The notes under the pieces were generated by a model. It saw nothing but the letters and a program-made list of their open reading frames with translations. It was not told the origin of the DNA and did no database searches. This document shows positions 1 to 9,147 of a stretch of 64,000 nt of DNA, piece by piece (the stretch's first letter is position 1; every line of letters begins with the position of its first letter). Both the position numbers and the translations under genes were made by a program. Source of the DNA: Nitrospiraceae bacterium (lineage in GTDB: Bacteria; Nitrospirota; Nitrospiria; Nitrospirales; UBA2166); assembly GCA_002726235.1 (NCBI GenBank), contig PBSN01000004.1, forward strand, positions 37,279 to 101,278, in the 5' to 3' direction.

Positions 1-1
1 C

Positions 2-313
2 CAGCCGGATTGTTTGTTAACTGATGCGATAACTCTTCCGGACGTACACATTGTGCAAAGGGCTATTGTGAAGGGGGACAGTCTCAGCCGTTCGATCGCT
101 GCCGCTTCGGTGGTGGCGAAAGTGACGAGAGATCGAACGATGGTCGAGCTTCACGATCGATACCCACAATATAATTTTCGTGCGCACAAGGGATATGGAA
201 CTGCTGAACACTTGCGTCTTCTCGATCGATTCGGGCCATGTGACGAACATCGAAAGTGTTTTCGTCCGATTGCAAATATGCTATCCCAGAGATTCGCTCC
301 ATCAATTCAATAG
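2..313 (+). CDS. rnhB: Ribonuclease HII, C-terminal part (5' end lies outside the window)
   Basis: The frame is open from the window edge. ...[60 protein letters not shown] matches the RNase HII C-terminal consensus (SI.AASI.AKV.RD, HKGYgT..H). Confidence 0.85.
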   Translation, partial: QPDCLLTDAITLPDVHIVQRAIVKGDSLSRSIAAASVVAKVTRDRTMVELHDRYPQYNFRAHKGYGTAEHLRLLDRFGPCDEHRKCFRPIANMLSQRFAPSIQ

Positions 314-435
314 ATGCGGCCGAAGATGTGAGCACTCGTGGATCGAATTCTCGCCATGATTCGATCAACGCGCTTCATGCTTGGGGAAAAATAACGATGT
401 AAGGACGGCGGGTCGCATGGAGGTGTAGTGCATCA

Positions 436-759
436 ATGTCTTTCGGCATACACGACGAGCAGGTCGCAGCCCATCTTTACAGAAATGAGGCTATGAAGTT
501 TTGCATCGCAATTATTGGGTTGCACGGGGTGCAATCGATCTGGGTGCTGGCCACAAAGGCATATTTGTGTTTGTTGTGGTGGGGTTCATCTCACTGTGCG
601 GTTTGGATCATTGGCCAAGCGGTGGACTTTCAGAAACAGGAGAGGTTGGCCCATGAGGGAGTGTTTCACCGGTATCCCTGTGGGGATCGAAGCTGGCAAT
701 TTGATGTTCTTCCTCTCATCCATCAGTCATCTGGTGATGTGCAGATTGAACTGATTTAG
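436..759 (+). pseudogene. YraN/UPF0102-family (PD-(D/E)xK endonuclease-like) gene remnant with two frame changes
   Basis: The frame of 436 gives the family N-terminus (G..DEQVAAHLYRNE). From 619 it gives the C-terminus (AVDFQKQERL...WQFDVL...IELI). The family core GYEVLHRNYWVARGAIDLGAGHKGIFVFVVV is readable only in the frame of codons 489-617, bounded by TGA at 486-488 and 654-656. The spacing N-5-G-x-IDL-8-VFVxV equals E. coli YraN as I recall it. The expected E and K of the VEVK motif are V and G here. A position directly after rnhB is the usual yraN position. Confidence 0.55.
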
Positions 760-773
760 AATGCCTCTGAGAT

Positions 774-1427
774 ATGATTAAGCTTTTCCACGTGTATAAG
801 CAGTACGACACAAAATTGGTGCTCAGTGACGTCACTCTTCTGGTTGAGAAAGGCGATATTTGTTGCATTGTGGGGCCGAATGGAGCAGGAAAATCGACTT
901 TATTAAAACTCATGTTTTGCCAAAAGAAGCCAGACCGTGGACAGATCCTAATCAATAATCAGAACGTTACACATATGAGCCAAAAGGCGATTTCTGCTGT
1001 GAGACAGCGCATGGGATTCGTCTTTGAAGATTATCGACTGATGCTACGCAAGACGGTTCTTCAGAATGTTGCCTTGGCCTTAACCATCGCTGGAACTCCG
1101 CTCAAGCAAGGGCGACAAAATATTGATCGAGTCCTTGCGGCATTGGGGCTTGAGCACAAGAAACATGATATTGCTTCAACTCTGGCGGCTGGTGAACAAC
1201 AACGGGTGTGCATCGCTCGTGCGGTGGTGAGTGATCCGCTGGTATTGCTCGCAGATGAGCCGACGGGAATCCTTGACTCTGCGGCGGCCATAGAGGTGTT
1301 TGATCTCCTTCGGGGCATGAGCATGCGTGGGACAACCGTGGTCCTTGCCACGCAGAATCAGGATGTTGCCGACAGGTTTCCTCAACATCGTGTGATGCTA
1401 AATCATGGTCGGGTGACTGAACAATGA
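774..1427 (+). CDS. ftsE: Cell division ATP-binding protein FtsE (ABC ATPase)
   Basis: Walker A GPNGAGKST, ABC signature LAAGEQQRV, Walker B LLLADEPTG. About 217 aa. ATGA overlap with a downstream FtsX-like permease. Confidence 0.9.
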   Translation: MIKLFHVYKQYDTKLVLSDVTLLVEKGDICCIVGPNGAGKSTLLKLMFCQKKPDRGQILINNQNVTHMSQKAISAVRQRMGFVFEDYRLMLRKTVLQNVALALTIAGTPLKQGRQNIDRVLAALGLEHKKHDIASTLAAGEQQRVCIARAVVSDPLVLLADEPTGILDSAAAIEVFDLLRGMSMRGTTVVLATQNQDVADRFPQHRVMLNHGRVTEQ

Positions 1428-2323
1428 AACTCGTGAGGTATCTGGTCTATTGTCTTAGTGAAACGGGGGCTAACGTTTTTGATTATCGAGGATTGTCCGT
1501 TGTCGCGTTAGTGACGAGTGCCCTTTCGATGCTTTGCGTTGGACTGTTTTTCCTTATTTATGTCAATATTCATGGGGTTGTCCAATCATTGGAAGAAGAT
1601 ATTACAATGAATCTTTACCTCGATGAGAATCTCTCGGCGGACAAGATGTTGGAATTAGAACGGGTTATTCTGTCCTATCCAGAGGTTGGCAATGTGAGGT
1701 TTATATCCAGCCGTGATGCCATTGAGGCATATCTTAAGCGGTATCCAACAGAAAAAGATCTGATGGAAAGTTTTGGTAACCAGGCGCTTCCTGCGTCGTT
1801 TGTGGTTGGTCTTGCACCGACCCATCGAACAGTTGAAGGTGTGGGTTCGGTGGCAAAAAAAATAGAGGGCGTGAGTGGTGTGAGCGAGATCCAGTATGGG
1901 CAGGAATGGATTCAAACACTTTGGTGGAGCACCCAGCTTCTGATGTTGATCGGCTTGGTAGTTGGAGTTACGCTCACGCTTGCCTCAATCGCGATTGTTG
2001 CGAACACCATTCGGTTGACCTTGTTCAACCGGAAACATGACATTGGCATTCTTCGGATGCTCGGAGCAACCGAAGCGTTTATCAGGGGACCATTTTTGCT
2101 TGAAGGTGTGACATTGGGGGCTTTGAGTGGGGGGGGTGCGCTGATATTGTTGAAGATTATCTTTGAATCATTTATCTATCGTGTTGGGGATGGATTCATG
2201 CAAGGGCACTCCATTGTCTTCTTGCCTCCGCCAACCCTTGCAGGAGTTGTGGTGTGTGGTGCGTTGCTAGGTTTCGTCGGAGCGTTGCTTTCACTGAAGC
2301 AAACTCGGAAGGTATGGGCATGA
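1424..2323 (+). CDS. ftsX: Cell division permease FtsX
   Basis: 299 aa. N-terminal TM, periplasmic loop domain, then three C-terminal TM helices (FtsX/MacB-type topology). Start overlaps the ftsE stop (ATGA at 1424-1427). Confidence 0.85.
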   Translation: MKLVRYLVYCLSETGANVFDYRGLSVVALVTSALSMLCVGLFFLIYVNIHGVVQSLEEDITMNLYLDENLSADKMLELERVILSYPEVGNVRFISSRDAIEAYLKRYPTEKDLMESFGNQALPASFVVGLAPTHRTVEGVGSVAKKIEGVSGVSEIQYGQEWIQTLWWSTQLLMLIGLVVGVTLTLASIAIVANTIRLTLFNRKHDIGILRMLGATEAFIRGPFLLEGVTLGALSGGGALILLKIIFESFIYRVGDGFMQGHSIVFLPPPTLAGVVVCGALLGFVGALLSLKQTRKVWA

Positions 2324-3516
2324 GAACGCTGTTAATTGTATCTCTGAGCCTCTTTTTCTCACTTGGTGAGGGCGTGGTCTATGCGGGAAACTCTGCGATT
2401 GAAAAAGCACGAGAACTGTCTGGGAAGATAAAGGATGGACAGGCGGCGTTTGAGGGCATTCGGCGTGAACTGACGGGGAGTCGACGCGATTTAGACAATG
2501 CTGAAAAGCGAGAAAGCTCTGTGCTGGACGAACTGCAAAGGATTGATCAGGCACGGCATGCGAAACAAAAAGCGCTCAAGCGCCTTATCCACACGGTTGA
2601 CCAAGCTGGTGAAGACTCCAAGCGCGCTGGGAAGGATATTGATGGCACTGCGGATCAGCTTAAGGTCCGGCGAAATTCTCTTCGTGCGCGTGTGAAGATG
2701 CACTATAAGGCTGGTCGGCTGGATGCGATGACGCCTCTACTGGCATCGCGCGGGATGGATGATGGACACCTGCACGATCGGGTGTTCTCATCGCTATCCA
2801 GATCGGAATATGACAAGACACAGCAAAAGGCACAGGAACTTGCGACGTTAGAGCAGAAGAAACGGGAGCACGATCGCATGGCGCAGCAACTGCTTGGAAA
2901 ACAGCGTGAGATTGAGGCAGCGCTTGCCGTAATCCAAGCTGAGCAGAAGAAAAAACGCCGGCTAATTGCACGCATCCATGATGAGCAAGACACATCCAAA
3001 CGGACAATCGCTGAGCTTGAAGCATCTTCCGCAAAGATTGAAGATTCAATACGCGCCTGGGAGGAAGATAAGGAAAAGTTCGCACGACTTCTCGAAGCGG
3101 GAAATGGACTGACGGAAGTGAAGGGTGCCTTGCATTGGCCGAATGATGGAAAGGTTGTCGCGTTCTTTGGTCACCAGAAACATCCCAAGTTTGATACCTT
3201 CCTAGAGCGCAAGGGCATTGATATTAAAGCCAAACAGGGAAGTGCAATCCGCTCGTCCTCCGACGGGGTTGTGGCATTTGCAGACTGGTTGAAAGGGTAT
3301 GGCTTATTGCTCATTATTGCTCACGGTTTAGGAGATGTCTCGCTGTATGCGCATGCCTCATCCCTATTGGTAGATGTTGATGATCAGGTCAAGGCAGGGC
3401 AGCTGGTTGGAACCGTCGGGGATACCGGTTTGACAGGAAATAGCATGTTGTATTTTGAGGTCCGCGCTGGAGGCAAGGCGGTCGATCCGATCAAGTGGTT
3501 AGTAGCACGGAAATAG
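2320..3516 (+). CDS. EnvC-like coiled-coil protein with degenerate LytM/M23 domain (murein hydrolase activator type)
   Basis: Signal peptide MRTLLIVSLSLFFSLGEGVVYA. Long Q/K/E/R-rich coiled coil. C-terminal M23-like domain in which the HxH zinc site is replaced (NSMLYFEVR where active M23 has PHLHFE). ATG at 2320 overlaps the ftsX stop (ATGA); ATG at 2314 is also possible. The 2254 start in the ORF track lies inside ftsX and is unlikely. Confidence 0.8.
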   Translation: MRTLLIVSLSLFFSLGEGVVYAGNSAIEKARELSGKIKDGQAAFEGIRRELTGSRRDLDNAEKRESSVLDELQRIDQARHAKQKALKRLIHTVDQAGEDSKRAGKDIDGTADQLKVRRNSLRARVKMHYKAGRLDAMTPLLASRGMDDGHLHDRVFSSLSRSEYDKTQQKAQELATLEQKKREHDRMAQQLLGKQREIEAALAVIQAEQKKKRRLIARIHDEQDTSKRTIAELEASSAKIEDSIRAWEEDKEKFARLLEAGNGLTEVKGALHWPNDGKVVAFFGHQKHPKFDTFLERKGIDIKAKQGSAIRSSSDGVVAFADWLKGYGLLLIIAHGLGDVSLYAHASSLLVDVDDQVKAGQLVGTVGDTGLTGNSMLYFEVRAGGKAVDPIKWLVARK

Positions 3517-3539
3517 GTTCAATGGAGGAGAAGGAACTA

Positions 3540-4841
3540 ATGAATACCCAGGGGACATCAGCGCATCGAGGTAGGTGGATGAGCGTCAGCATAGTTGGCG
3601 CGTTGCTCATTGGTATTTTGGTTGGCCGCACGCTGTTGCCGGGTGTGCTGCAAGCCACGGAGCCATACGAGAAGCTGAAGACCTTCTCGGAGGTGTTGGC
3701 GATTGTCGAAAGGGACTATGTAGAAGAAACGAAATCCGTCGATCTCATTCATGGCGCAATCCGAGGGATGCTTGCAACTCTGGATCCTCATTCTGGGTAC
3801 ATGCCATCGGATATTTACAAGGAGGCTCAGGTCGAGACGAAAGGGAAGTTTGGGGGTGTCGGGATTCAAATCGGGATTCGTGACAAGAAACTCACCGTCG
3901 TGGCTCCCATTGAGGACACTCCAGCTGATCGTGCTGGCATTCAGGCGCTGGATCATATTTCGAAGGTTGATGGTGAAACGACCAAGGATATGACACTTCT
4001 GGATGCTGTGCATCGCATGAGAGGTCCTCAAGGGACCAAGGTTACGCTTACCGTCATTCGTGAGGGAGTGGATGAGGAGATTGTTGTTAATCTCATTCGC
4101 GATGAAATAACGATTCAAAGTGTGCGCGGCAGGATGTTGGATGATGACATTGGCTATCTTCGTATCACACAATTTCAAGAGCAGACAGCCAATGATCAGA
4201 AAAAGGTTCTGAGCGAGCTCAAAGAGAAAGGGATGAAGTCTCTTATTATTGATCTTCGGAACAATCCTGGGGGATTACTCTCTGCAGCTGTTGGGGCGAC
4301 TGAGCAGTTTATCCCGCCTGGCAAGCTGGTGGTGTCGATCAAAAACCGACAGGGCAAGCGTGATGAGTATCACGCAAACGCAGGTGATCCTCTGACCAAT
4401 ATTCCCATCATCGTTTTGGTCAATGCTGGGAGTGCTAGCGGATCTGAAATTCTCGCTGGGGCACTTCAAGACTGGGGACGTGCAGTCATTGTCGGCACGC
4501 AAACGTTCGGAAAGGGGTCGGTCCAGACGATGCTTCCTCTGAGTGATGGGTCGGGTTTGCGTCTTACGACAGCCAAGTATTTTACTCCGGATGATCGATC
4601 AATCCATGGGACCGGCATCACGCCGAATATCAAAGTTGAAGGTGTGCCAGTTCTTCCGCATCCTGAGGCAGAGAACGTTGGGAAACCAAAGGCGCCATCG
4701 ATAACCGAAGAAAAAGCAGATGTCGATGAGACTTCTGAGGAAAAAGAACAACGTTTAATCGATAAGGATGTCTACATTCAAAAGGCAATTGAACTTCTGA
4801 AAACTTGGGATGTGTTTAGGGCAATCACGCCGCATACGTGA
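3540..4841 (+). CDS. ctpA: Carboxy-terminal processing protease (peptidase S41) with PDZ domain
   Basis: N-terminal TM anchor and PDZ (GGVGIQIG...PADRAGIQALDHISKVDGE). S41 catalytic region (LVNAGSASGSEILAGALQD...GTQTFGKGSVQ). GGAGGAG at 3524-3530 precedes the ATG at 3540; ATG 3522 and GTG 3495 are alternative starts. Confidence 0.85.
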   Translation: MNTQGTSAHRGRWMSVSIVGALLIGILVGRTLLPGVLQATEPYEKLKTFSEVLAIVERDYVEETKSVDLIHGAIRGMLATLDPHSGYMPSDIYKEAQVETKGKFGGVGIQIGIRDKKLTVVAPIEDTPADRAGIQALDHISKVDGETTKDMTLLDAVHRMRGPQGTKVTLTVIREGVDEEIVVNLIRDEITIQSVRGRMLDDDIGYLRITQFQEQTANDQKKVLSELKEKGMKSLIIDLRNNPGGLLSAAVGATEQFIPPGKLVVSIKNRQGKRDEYHANAGDPLTNIPIIVLVNAGSASGSEILAGALQDWGRAVIVGTQTFGKGSVQTMLPLSDGSGLRLTTAKYFTPDDRSIHGTGITPNIKVEGVPVLPHPEAENVGKPKAPSITEEKADVDETSEEKEQRLIDKDVYIQKAIELLKTWDVFRAITPHT

Positions 4842-4880
4842 AACCCCAAGGTGTCAATCCATCGAAAGGAGACGAGTTCT

Positions 4881-5222
4881 GTGAAGAAAAACCCTGCCGA
4901 TAAGCAAAAAATCCCAGCCAGTGTTGGTGTGGAGAAGAGCACCAATTCAAATGCATCCAGCGTGAATTTTCAACCATTGGGATCACGAATATTTATTTTG
5001 CCTGCAGAACTTGACGAGAAGAGTGCGGGTGGAATTTTCATTCCAGAGACAGCCCGCGAGCAACCAAAGCGAGGAACAGTCAAGGCAGTTGGGAAGGATT
5101 CGAAACTAGTCAAAGTGGGAGACGTCGTACTCTACGAACGATATGCAGGCAACAAGCTTGTTCTCGATCCTGTGGAATATCTGGTGCTCAATGAAGATGA
5201 ACTCATGGGAGTGTATGAATGA
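4881..5222 (+). CDS. GroES/Cpn10-family small protein with K-rich N-terminal extension (no groEL nearby)
   Basis: The core FQPLGSRIFILPAELDEKSAGGIFIPETAREQPKRGTVKAVGKDSKLVKVGDVVLYERYAG...LVLNEDELMGV aligns by eye with GroES (PL.DRV.V....E.KSAGGI..P..A.....G.V.AVG......VKVGD.V.....G). AGGAG at 4867-4871 precedes the GTG at 4881; GTG 4851 is the alternative start. Confidence 0.6.
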   Translation: MKKNPADKQKIPASVGVEKSTNSNASSVNFQPLGSRIFILPAELDEKSAGGIFIPETAREQPKRGTVKAVGKDSKLVKVGDVVLYERYAGNKLVLDPVEYLVLNEDELMGVYE

Positions 5223-5701
5223 CGCAACTTCTTGTCATGCTGGCGGCCTTGGCCATGCTGCCTTGGAGTGGACCTAGTGTATTTGCTGAGCCCATATCTG
5301 ATCGCCTGACCACAGCGGATGTATATATTGCTCTTCAGGCTGCTGAAGTCAAGGCCAATCAAATTGGTGTGCCAATGGGCATTACCGTTACGGACGCGCA
5401 TGGAGATGTTCGAGGGTTTCTCAAGATGGATGGGACCTTTGTCCATGTTCAAGATACCTCGTTCAGTAAAGCCTATACCGCAGTATCTCTTCGTCAGCCA
5501 ACGGGCGCATTGCCGCCTTCAGTTGCAAATGAGCTTGGATCTATCACGCAGGGACGACTCACGAACCTCAAAGGAGGAATTCCTATTGCCGTTGATGGCG
5601 TGATTATTGGCGGTGTTGGGGTTGGCGGTGGGATTGGGAATGAGGATGAAGTTGTCGCACGAGCCGGTGCTGAAGCGGTGGTAAAGAAAAAGAAACGATA
5701 A
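5219..5701 (+). CDS. GlcG/HbpS-like (DUF336) protein with signal peptide
   Basis: Signal peptide MTQLLVMLAALAMLPWSGPSVFA. DUF336 hallmarks: VTDAHGDVRGF.KMDG, SFSKAYTA, GGIPI.VDG.IIGGVGVGG...EDE..A. ATGA overlap with the upstream gene. Confidence 0.7.
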   Translation: MTQLLVMLAALAMLPWSGPSVFAEPISDRLTTADVYIALQAAEVKANQIGVPMGITVTDAHGDVRGFLKMDGTFVHVQDTSFSKAYTAVSLRQPTGALPPSVANELGSITQGRLTNLKGGIPIAVDGVIIGGVGVGGGIGNEDEVVARAGAEAVVKKKKR

Positions 5702-5836
5702 TCTGTCAGCGGCAAGGCAAACAACCGTCTATTTATCCCTCCCCTCCCATTCCTATTTGGTGAGTTGTGCGTTTGCCTGCAGACGGCTCTTCTTCTATGC
5801 TGAGTACAGCCCCTTTGTAACTGGCGAGGTTCTATC

Positions 5837-6742
5837 ATGGGAGCATTGATTGAATGTGTCCCAAATTTTAGCGAGGGGAGAGTCATTGCGACAATTGATG
5901 CTCTCGCCGACGTCATTCGATCTAACCCTGAACTTTCATTGCTAGATCGGCAAAGTGATGTTGACCATAACCGGTCCGTTTTTACGTTCGTTGGCCGGTC
6001 GAATGCCATCGAAACTACTGCGTTTGAATTAGCTAAAACTGCCAAAGCATTGATTGATCTTCGGCAACATCAGGGAGTGCATCCTCGGATTGGATCAACT
6101 GATGTCATGCCTTTCGTTCCGCTGAAACTTGCCGATACGCATGAGTGTGTTGCGCTAGCCAAAGCTGTTGGTTCTAGAATTGCTTCGGAGTTGAACATTC
6201 CGGTGTTTTTGTATGAGCAGGCTACGACGACGATGTCTCGCGTGCTCGAAGATCTTCGTCGGGGATCCGTTGAAGGATTGAGAAAACGAATGCGAAATGA
6301 TCCAAAGTGGGAACCGGATTTTGGCGCGTTATACCCTCACCCTACTGCTGGAGTGATGGCGATTGGTGTTAGACAAATTCTAGTAGCCTTTAATGTCAAT
6401 CTTGCTAGCACTGATCTTGCTATTGCGAAAGCCATTGCGCAAACCGTTCGAACATCAGATGGCGGATTCAAGCATGTCAAGGCGATGGGAGTGCAATTAA
6501 GAAGTAGAGGGATCGTCCAGGTTTCAATGAACCTCACGAACGTTGATGAGACGCCAATTCGGCCCGTGTTTGAAGCGATAGAGACGGCGGCTGAGCGATA
6601 TGGCGTGACGATCGTTGGAAGTGAAATTGTGGGTCTTGTACCTGAACGCGCACTTAAAAACACTGAGAATATCAACTTGCAGCTCGAGCATTTTAGCGAC
6701 GAGCAATTATTGGAACGACATCTCCAAGCACCTATCTCCTAA
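5837..6742 (+). CDS. Glutamate formimidoyltransferase (FtcD N-terminal type, stand-alone)
   Basis: The N-terminal IECVPNFSEGR motif and ...LLDRQSDVDHNRSVFTFVG are characteristic of the formiminotransferase domain. 301 aa. Confidence 0.8.
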   Translation: MGALIECVPNFSEGRVIATIDALADVIRSNPELSLLDRQSDVDHNRSVFTFVGRSNAIETTAFELAKTAKALIDLRQHQGVHPRIGSTDVMPFVPLKLADTHECVALAKAVGSRIASELNIPVFLYEQATTTMSRVLEDLRRGSVEGLRKRMRNDPKWEPDFGALYPHPTAGVMAIGVRQILVAFNVNLASTDLAIAKAIAQTVRTSDGGFKHVKAMGVQLRSRGIVQVSMNLTNVDETPIRPVFEAIETAAERYGVTIVGSEIVGLVPERALKNTENINLQLEHFSDEQLLERHLQAPIS

Positions 6743-6745
6743 TCT

Positions 6746-7438
6746 CTATTTCTGATTCGAGGCGGTCTCTTTCCCTTGCGATTGCCACTCCAGGATAAAC
6801 TGCCGTGTTGCTGCTCCAACATCTGGGGCGTGTAGTATCGCGGATAGTATTGCGACTCCGCTTAGTCCGGTTGATCGAAGTTCCGCAATGAGAGTTAGAT
6901 TTATTCCTCCAATCCCGAAGACCGGTATGGAAATTCGCGGGCATAGTTCTCGCGTTGCGTTAGGACCTAGTGGTGCGAGGCCGGTGTCTTTAGTCTGGGT
7001 GTTATATATAGGACCGAAGGCAATGTAATCGGCTCCACCATTCTCTGCTTCAATAGCCTGCTCAATTGAATGGGTTGAGATTCCGATGAGACGGTCATGA
7101 CCGAGTATGTGTCGTGCGTCGGCTAGTGGGACGTCGTCTTGTCCCAGATGTACGCCGTCAGCATCGACGGCAAGGGCAATATCACTGAAGTCGTTAATGA
7201 TCAGTGTGGCGTCTCTCTGAGCCGTGAGCGAACGAAGCTCCGTTGCAACTCGGTAGATTTCATTTTTTGGCAGATGTTTCTCTCGATATTGAAAAAGACG
7301 ACTGCCTTCGTCGAGTGCACTCTTCACGATATCGGAGAGAGGTTTTTTTTCAGCAATTTCGCGGTCAAGAATGATGTAGAGGCCATTGATGTGGCGATGG
7401 TCATTTCGGAATTGAGGTGACATCTGAGGCTCGTGCAA
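6746..7438 (-). CDS. thiE: Thiamine-phosphate synthase
   Basis: LYIILD...FQYREKHL...LIINDFSDIALAVDADGVHLGQDD...GISTHS...GADYIAFGPIYNTQTKD...PVFGIGGI match ThiE motifs. The start may be the internal ATG at 7423. Confidence 0.85.
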   Translation of the reverse strand: MHEPQMSPQFRNDHRHINGLYIILDREIAEKKPLSDIVKSALDEGSRLFQYREKHLPKNEIYRVATELRSLTAQRDATLIINDFSDIALAVDADGVHLGQDDVPLADARHILGHDRLIGISTHSIEQAIEAENGGADYIAFGPIYNTQTKDTGLAPLGPNATRELCPRISIPVFGIGGINLTLIAELRSTGLSGVAILSAILHAPDVGAATRQFILEWQSQGKETASNQK

Positions 7439-7566
7439 AATTACATTTCTGAGTGCCTATCAGGCTCGCCTAGCGGCAGTCACATGACTAATGGGATGAT
7501 CATTTTTGTGCCTTGCCAGCTAGGTGCCTTAGTGCCCACAATCCGGCAATTTATTGTGCGTGAATC

Positions 7567-8913
7567 CTAGGAAGTTGTTGAGATAAAGCGCTCAAGGAAT
7601 TTTGTGGAGAGGCGTCCATTCTGAAAATCTGGGTCCCGAAATACCCGTTTATGGAGAGGGATGGTCGTCTTGATCCCTTCGACGACAAATTCATCAAGGG
7701 CACATTGCATTTTTGTGATGGCCGCTTCGCGTGAATCTCCATGAACGATGAGTTTTGCAACCAATGCATCGTAGTGAGGAGGGACCATGGATTCATTATC
7801 GACACCACTATCAACGCGCACGCCGAAACCTCCAGGTTGATGCCACTGATTTATCTGTCCTGGACTTGGGACGAATCGTTCCGGACATTCTGCGGTAATC
7901 CGACATTCAAAGCTGTGGCCGCGAACTTCGATGTCTTTTTGTCGGTATTGTGATGACAGTCCGGCAGCAATTCTGATCTGTTCCTTGACGATGTCAACGC
8001 CTGTGACCATTTCAGTAATCGGATGCTCAACCTGGATACGGGGGTTCAACTCCATGAAGTAAAAATTCTTATCTTGATCAAGTAGAAATTCAATAGTTCC
8101 GGCATTAAGGTAGCCAACTGCTTGAACTGCAAGAGTTGCGATGTGCCCAAGCTCTTTTCTCATTTTTTTGTTCACTGCAGGGGAGGGTGTCTCTTCAATG
8201 AGTTTTTGGTATTTTCTCTGAATCGAACACTCGCGCTCGCCAAGAAAGATCACATGTCCCTCATGATCCACGAGGATTTGCACTTCAATGTGTCGGGGTT
8301 CAGCGACGTAGCGTTCAATGTAAACTCCTTCGCGTCCATTGACCGCCGCACCTTCATGTTGCGCTGCCGCAAAAGCTTTTTTCAATTCAGATGGCCGATA
8401 AGCGACACGGAGTCCTCTTCCTCCTCCCCCTGAGCATGCTTTAATGATAACGGGGTACCCTATTTTAGTTGCAATTTCTTGAGCGATCGATTCATCAGCG
8501 ACCTCGCCTTCGCTGCCAGGAACGACCGGAATGCCATTCGCCTTCATCGCGGCGCGTGTTTTTGCTTTATCCCCCAGTGTGGTCAAGTTTGCTGCGGTTG
8601 GACCGATAAACGTCAGTCCTATAGACTCGCACATCTCCACAAAATGGCCGTCCTCGGCTAGGAATCCGTAGCCTGGATGAAGCGCATCAGCACCAGTAAC
8701 ATCAGCGGCACTGATCACGTTCGGAATATTGCGATAGCTCTGCATCGTCTCTGCAGGCCCAATACAGATAGCCTCGTCCGCGAGGCGTGTATGTAGAGCA
8801 TTGGCGTCCGCTTTGGAATAGACTGCCACTGTGTTGATCCCAAGCTCTTTACACGCACGGATTATTCGAATGGCTATTTCGCCACGGTTGGCAACGAGGA
8901 TTTTCCTAAACAT
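7567..8913 (-). CDS. accC: Acetyl-CoA carboxylase, biotin carboxylase subunit
   Basis: [26 protein letters not shown]... ATP-grasp region. 448 aa, full-length collinear with AccC. Confidence 0.95.
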   Translation of the reverse strand: MFRKILVANRGEIAIRIIRACKELGINTVAVYSKADANALHTRLADEAICIGPAETMQSYRNIPNVISAADVTGADALHPGYGFLAEDGHFVEMCESIGLTFIGPTAANLTTLGDKAKTRAAMKANGIPVVPGSEGEVADESIAQEIATKIGYPVIIKACSGGGGRGLRVAYRPSELKKAFAAAQHEGAAVNGREGVYIERYVAEPRHIEVQILVDHEGHVIFLGERECSIQRKYQKLIEETPSPAVNKKMRKELGHIATLAVQAVGYLNAGTIEFLLDQDKNFYFMELNPRIQVEHPITEMVTGVDIVKEQIRIAAGLSSQYRQKDIEVRGHSFECRITAECPERFVPSPGQINQWHQPGGFGVRVDSGVDNESMVPPHYDALVAKLIVHGDSREAAITKMQCALDEFVVEGIKTTIPLHKRVFRDPDFQNGRLSTKFLERFISTTS

Positions 8914-8970
8914 GGGACACGCTTTTTGCTCCGAATGAATGAAGGATACGTATTATAAAGTTATAAAGGC

Positions 8971-9121
8971 AACTACTCAGGCATTTAGGCTAAAGGTAAA
9001 AACAGGTAAAACCCTTTACAAGGACGAATGCGCTATTCGCGGCCTCTCCTCTCCTTGTCTGGTTATTACGTGATGGGTCTAGTTTGCTGTTTTCGTTTTC
9101 AGGCTCAGTACCTGAGTAGTT
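8971..9121. repeat. Long-range inverted repeat within the accB-accC spacer
   Basis: AACTACTCAGG at 8971-8981 is the exact reverse complement of CCTGAGTAGTT at 9111-9121. The repeat extends to 13 of 14 with flanking bases. A local CTCAG-TAC-CTGAG hairpin overlaps the right arm. Confidence 0.5.
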
Positions 9122-9147
9122 ACCTAATCAGAGAAGGGTGGTCGAAG

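Noticed and set aside
3558-4178. 206-aa ORF antisense to the S41 protease gene. Similar long antisense ORFs: 5494-6045, 12955-13536, 39081-39671, 55308-55829 and 59369-59941.
   Set aside because: All lie opposite, or largely opposite, genes with strong family signatures. They have low-complexity or R/S/P/C-rich composition and no recognisable motifs. They are typical shadow ORFs.
7439-7566. Possible TPP riboswitch upstream of thiE.
   Set aside because: I read the minus-strand leader for the conserved CUGAGA and ACCUGAUCUGGAUAAUGCCAGCG elements. Only a loose CCTGATAGGCACTCAG fragment is present, which is not enough to call.
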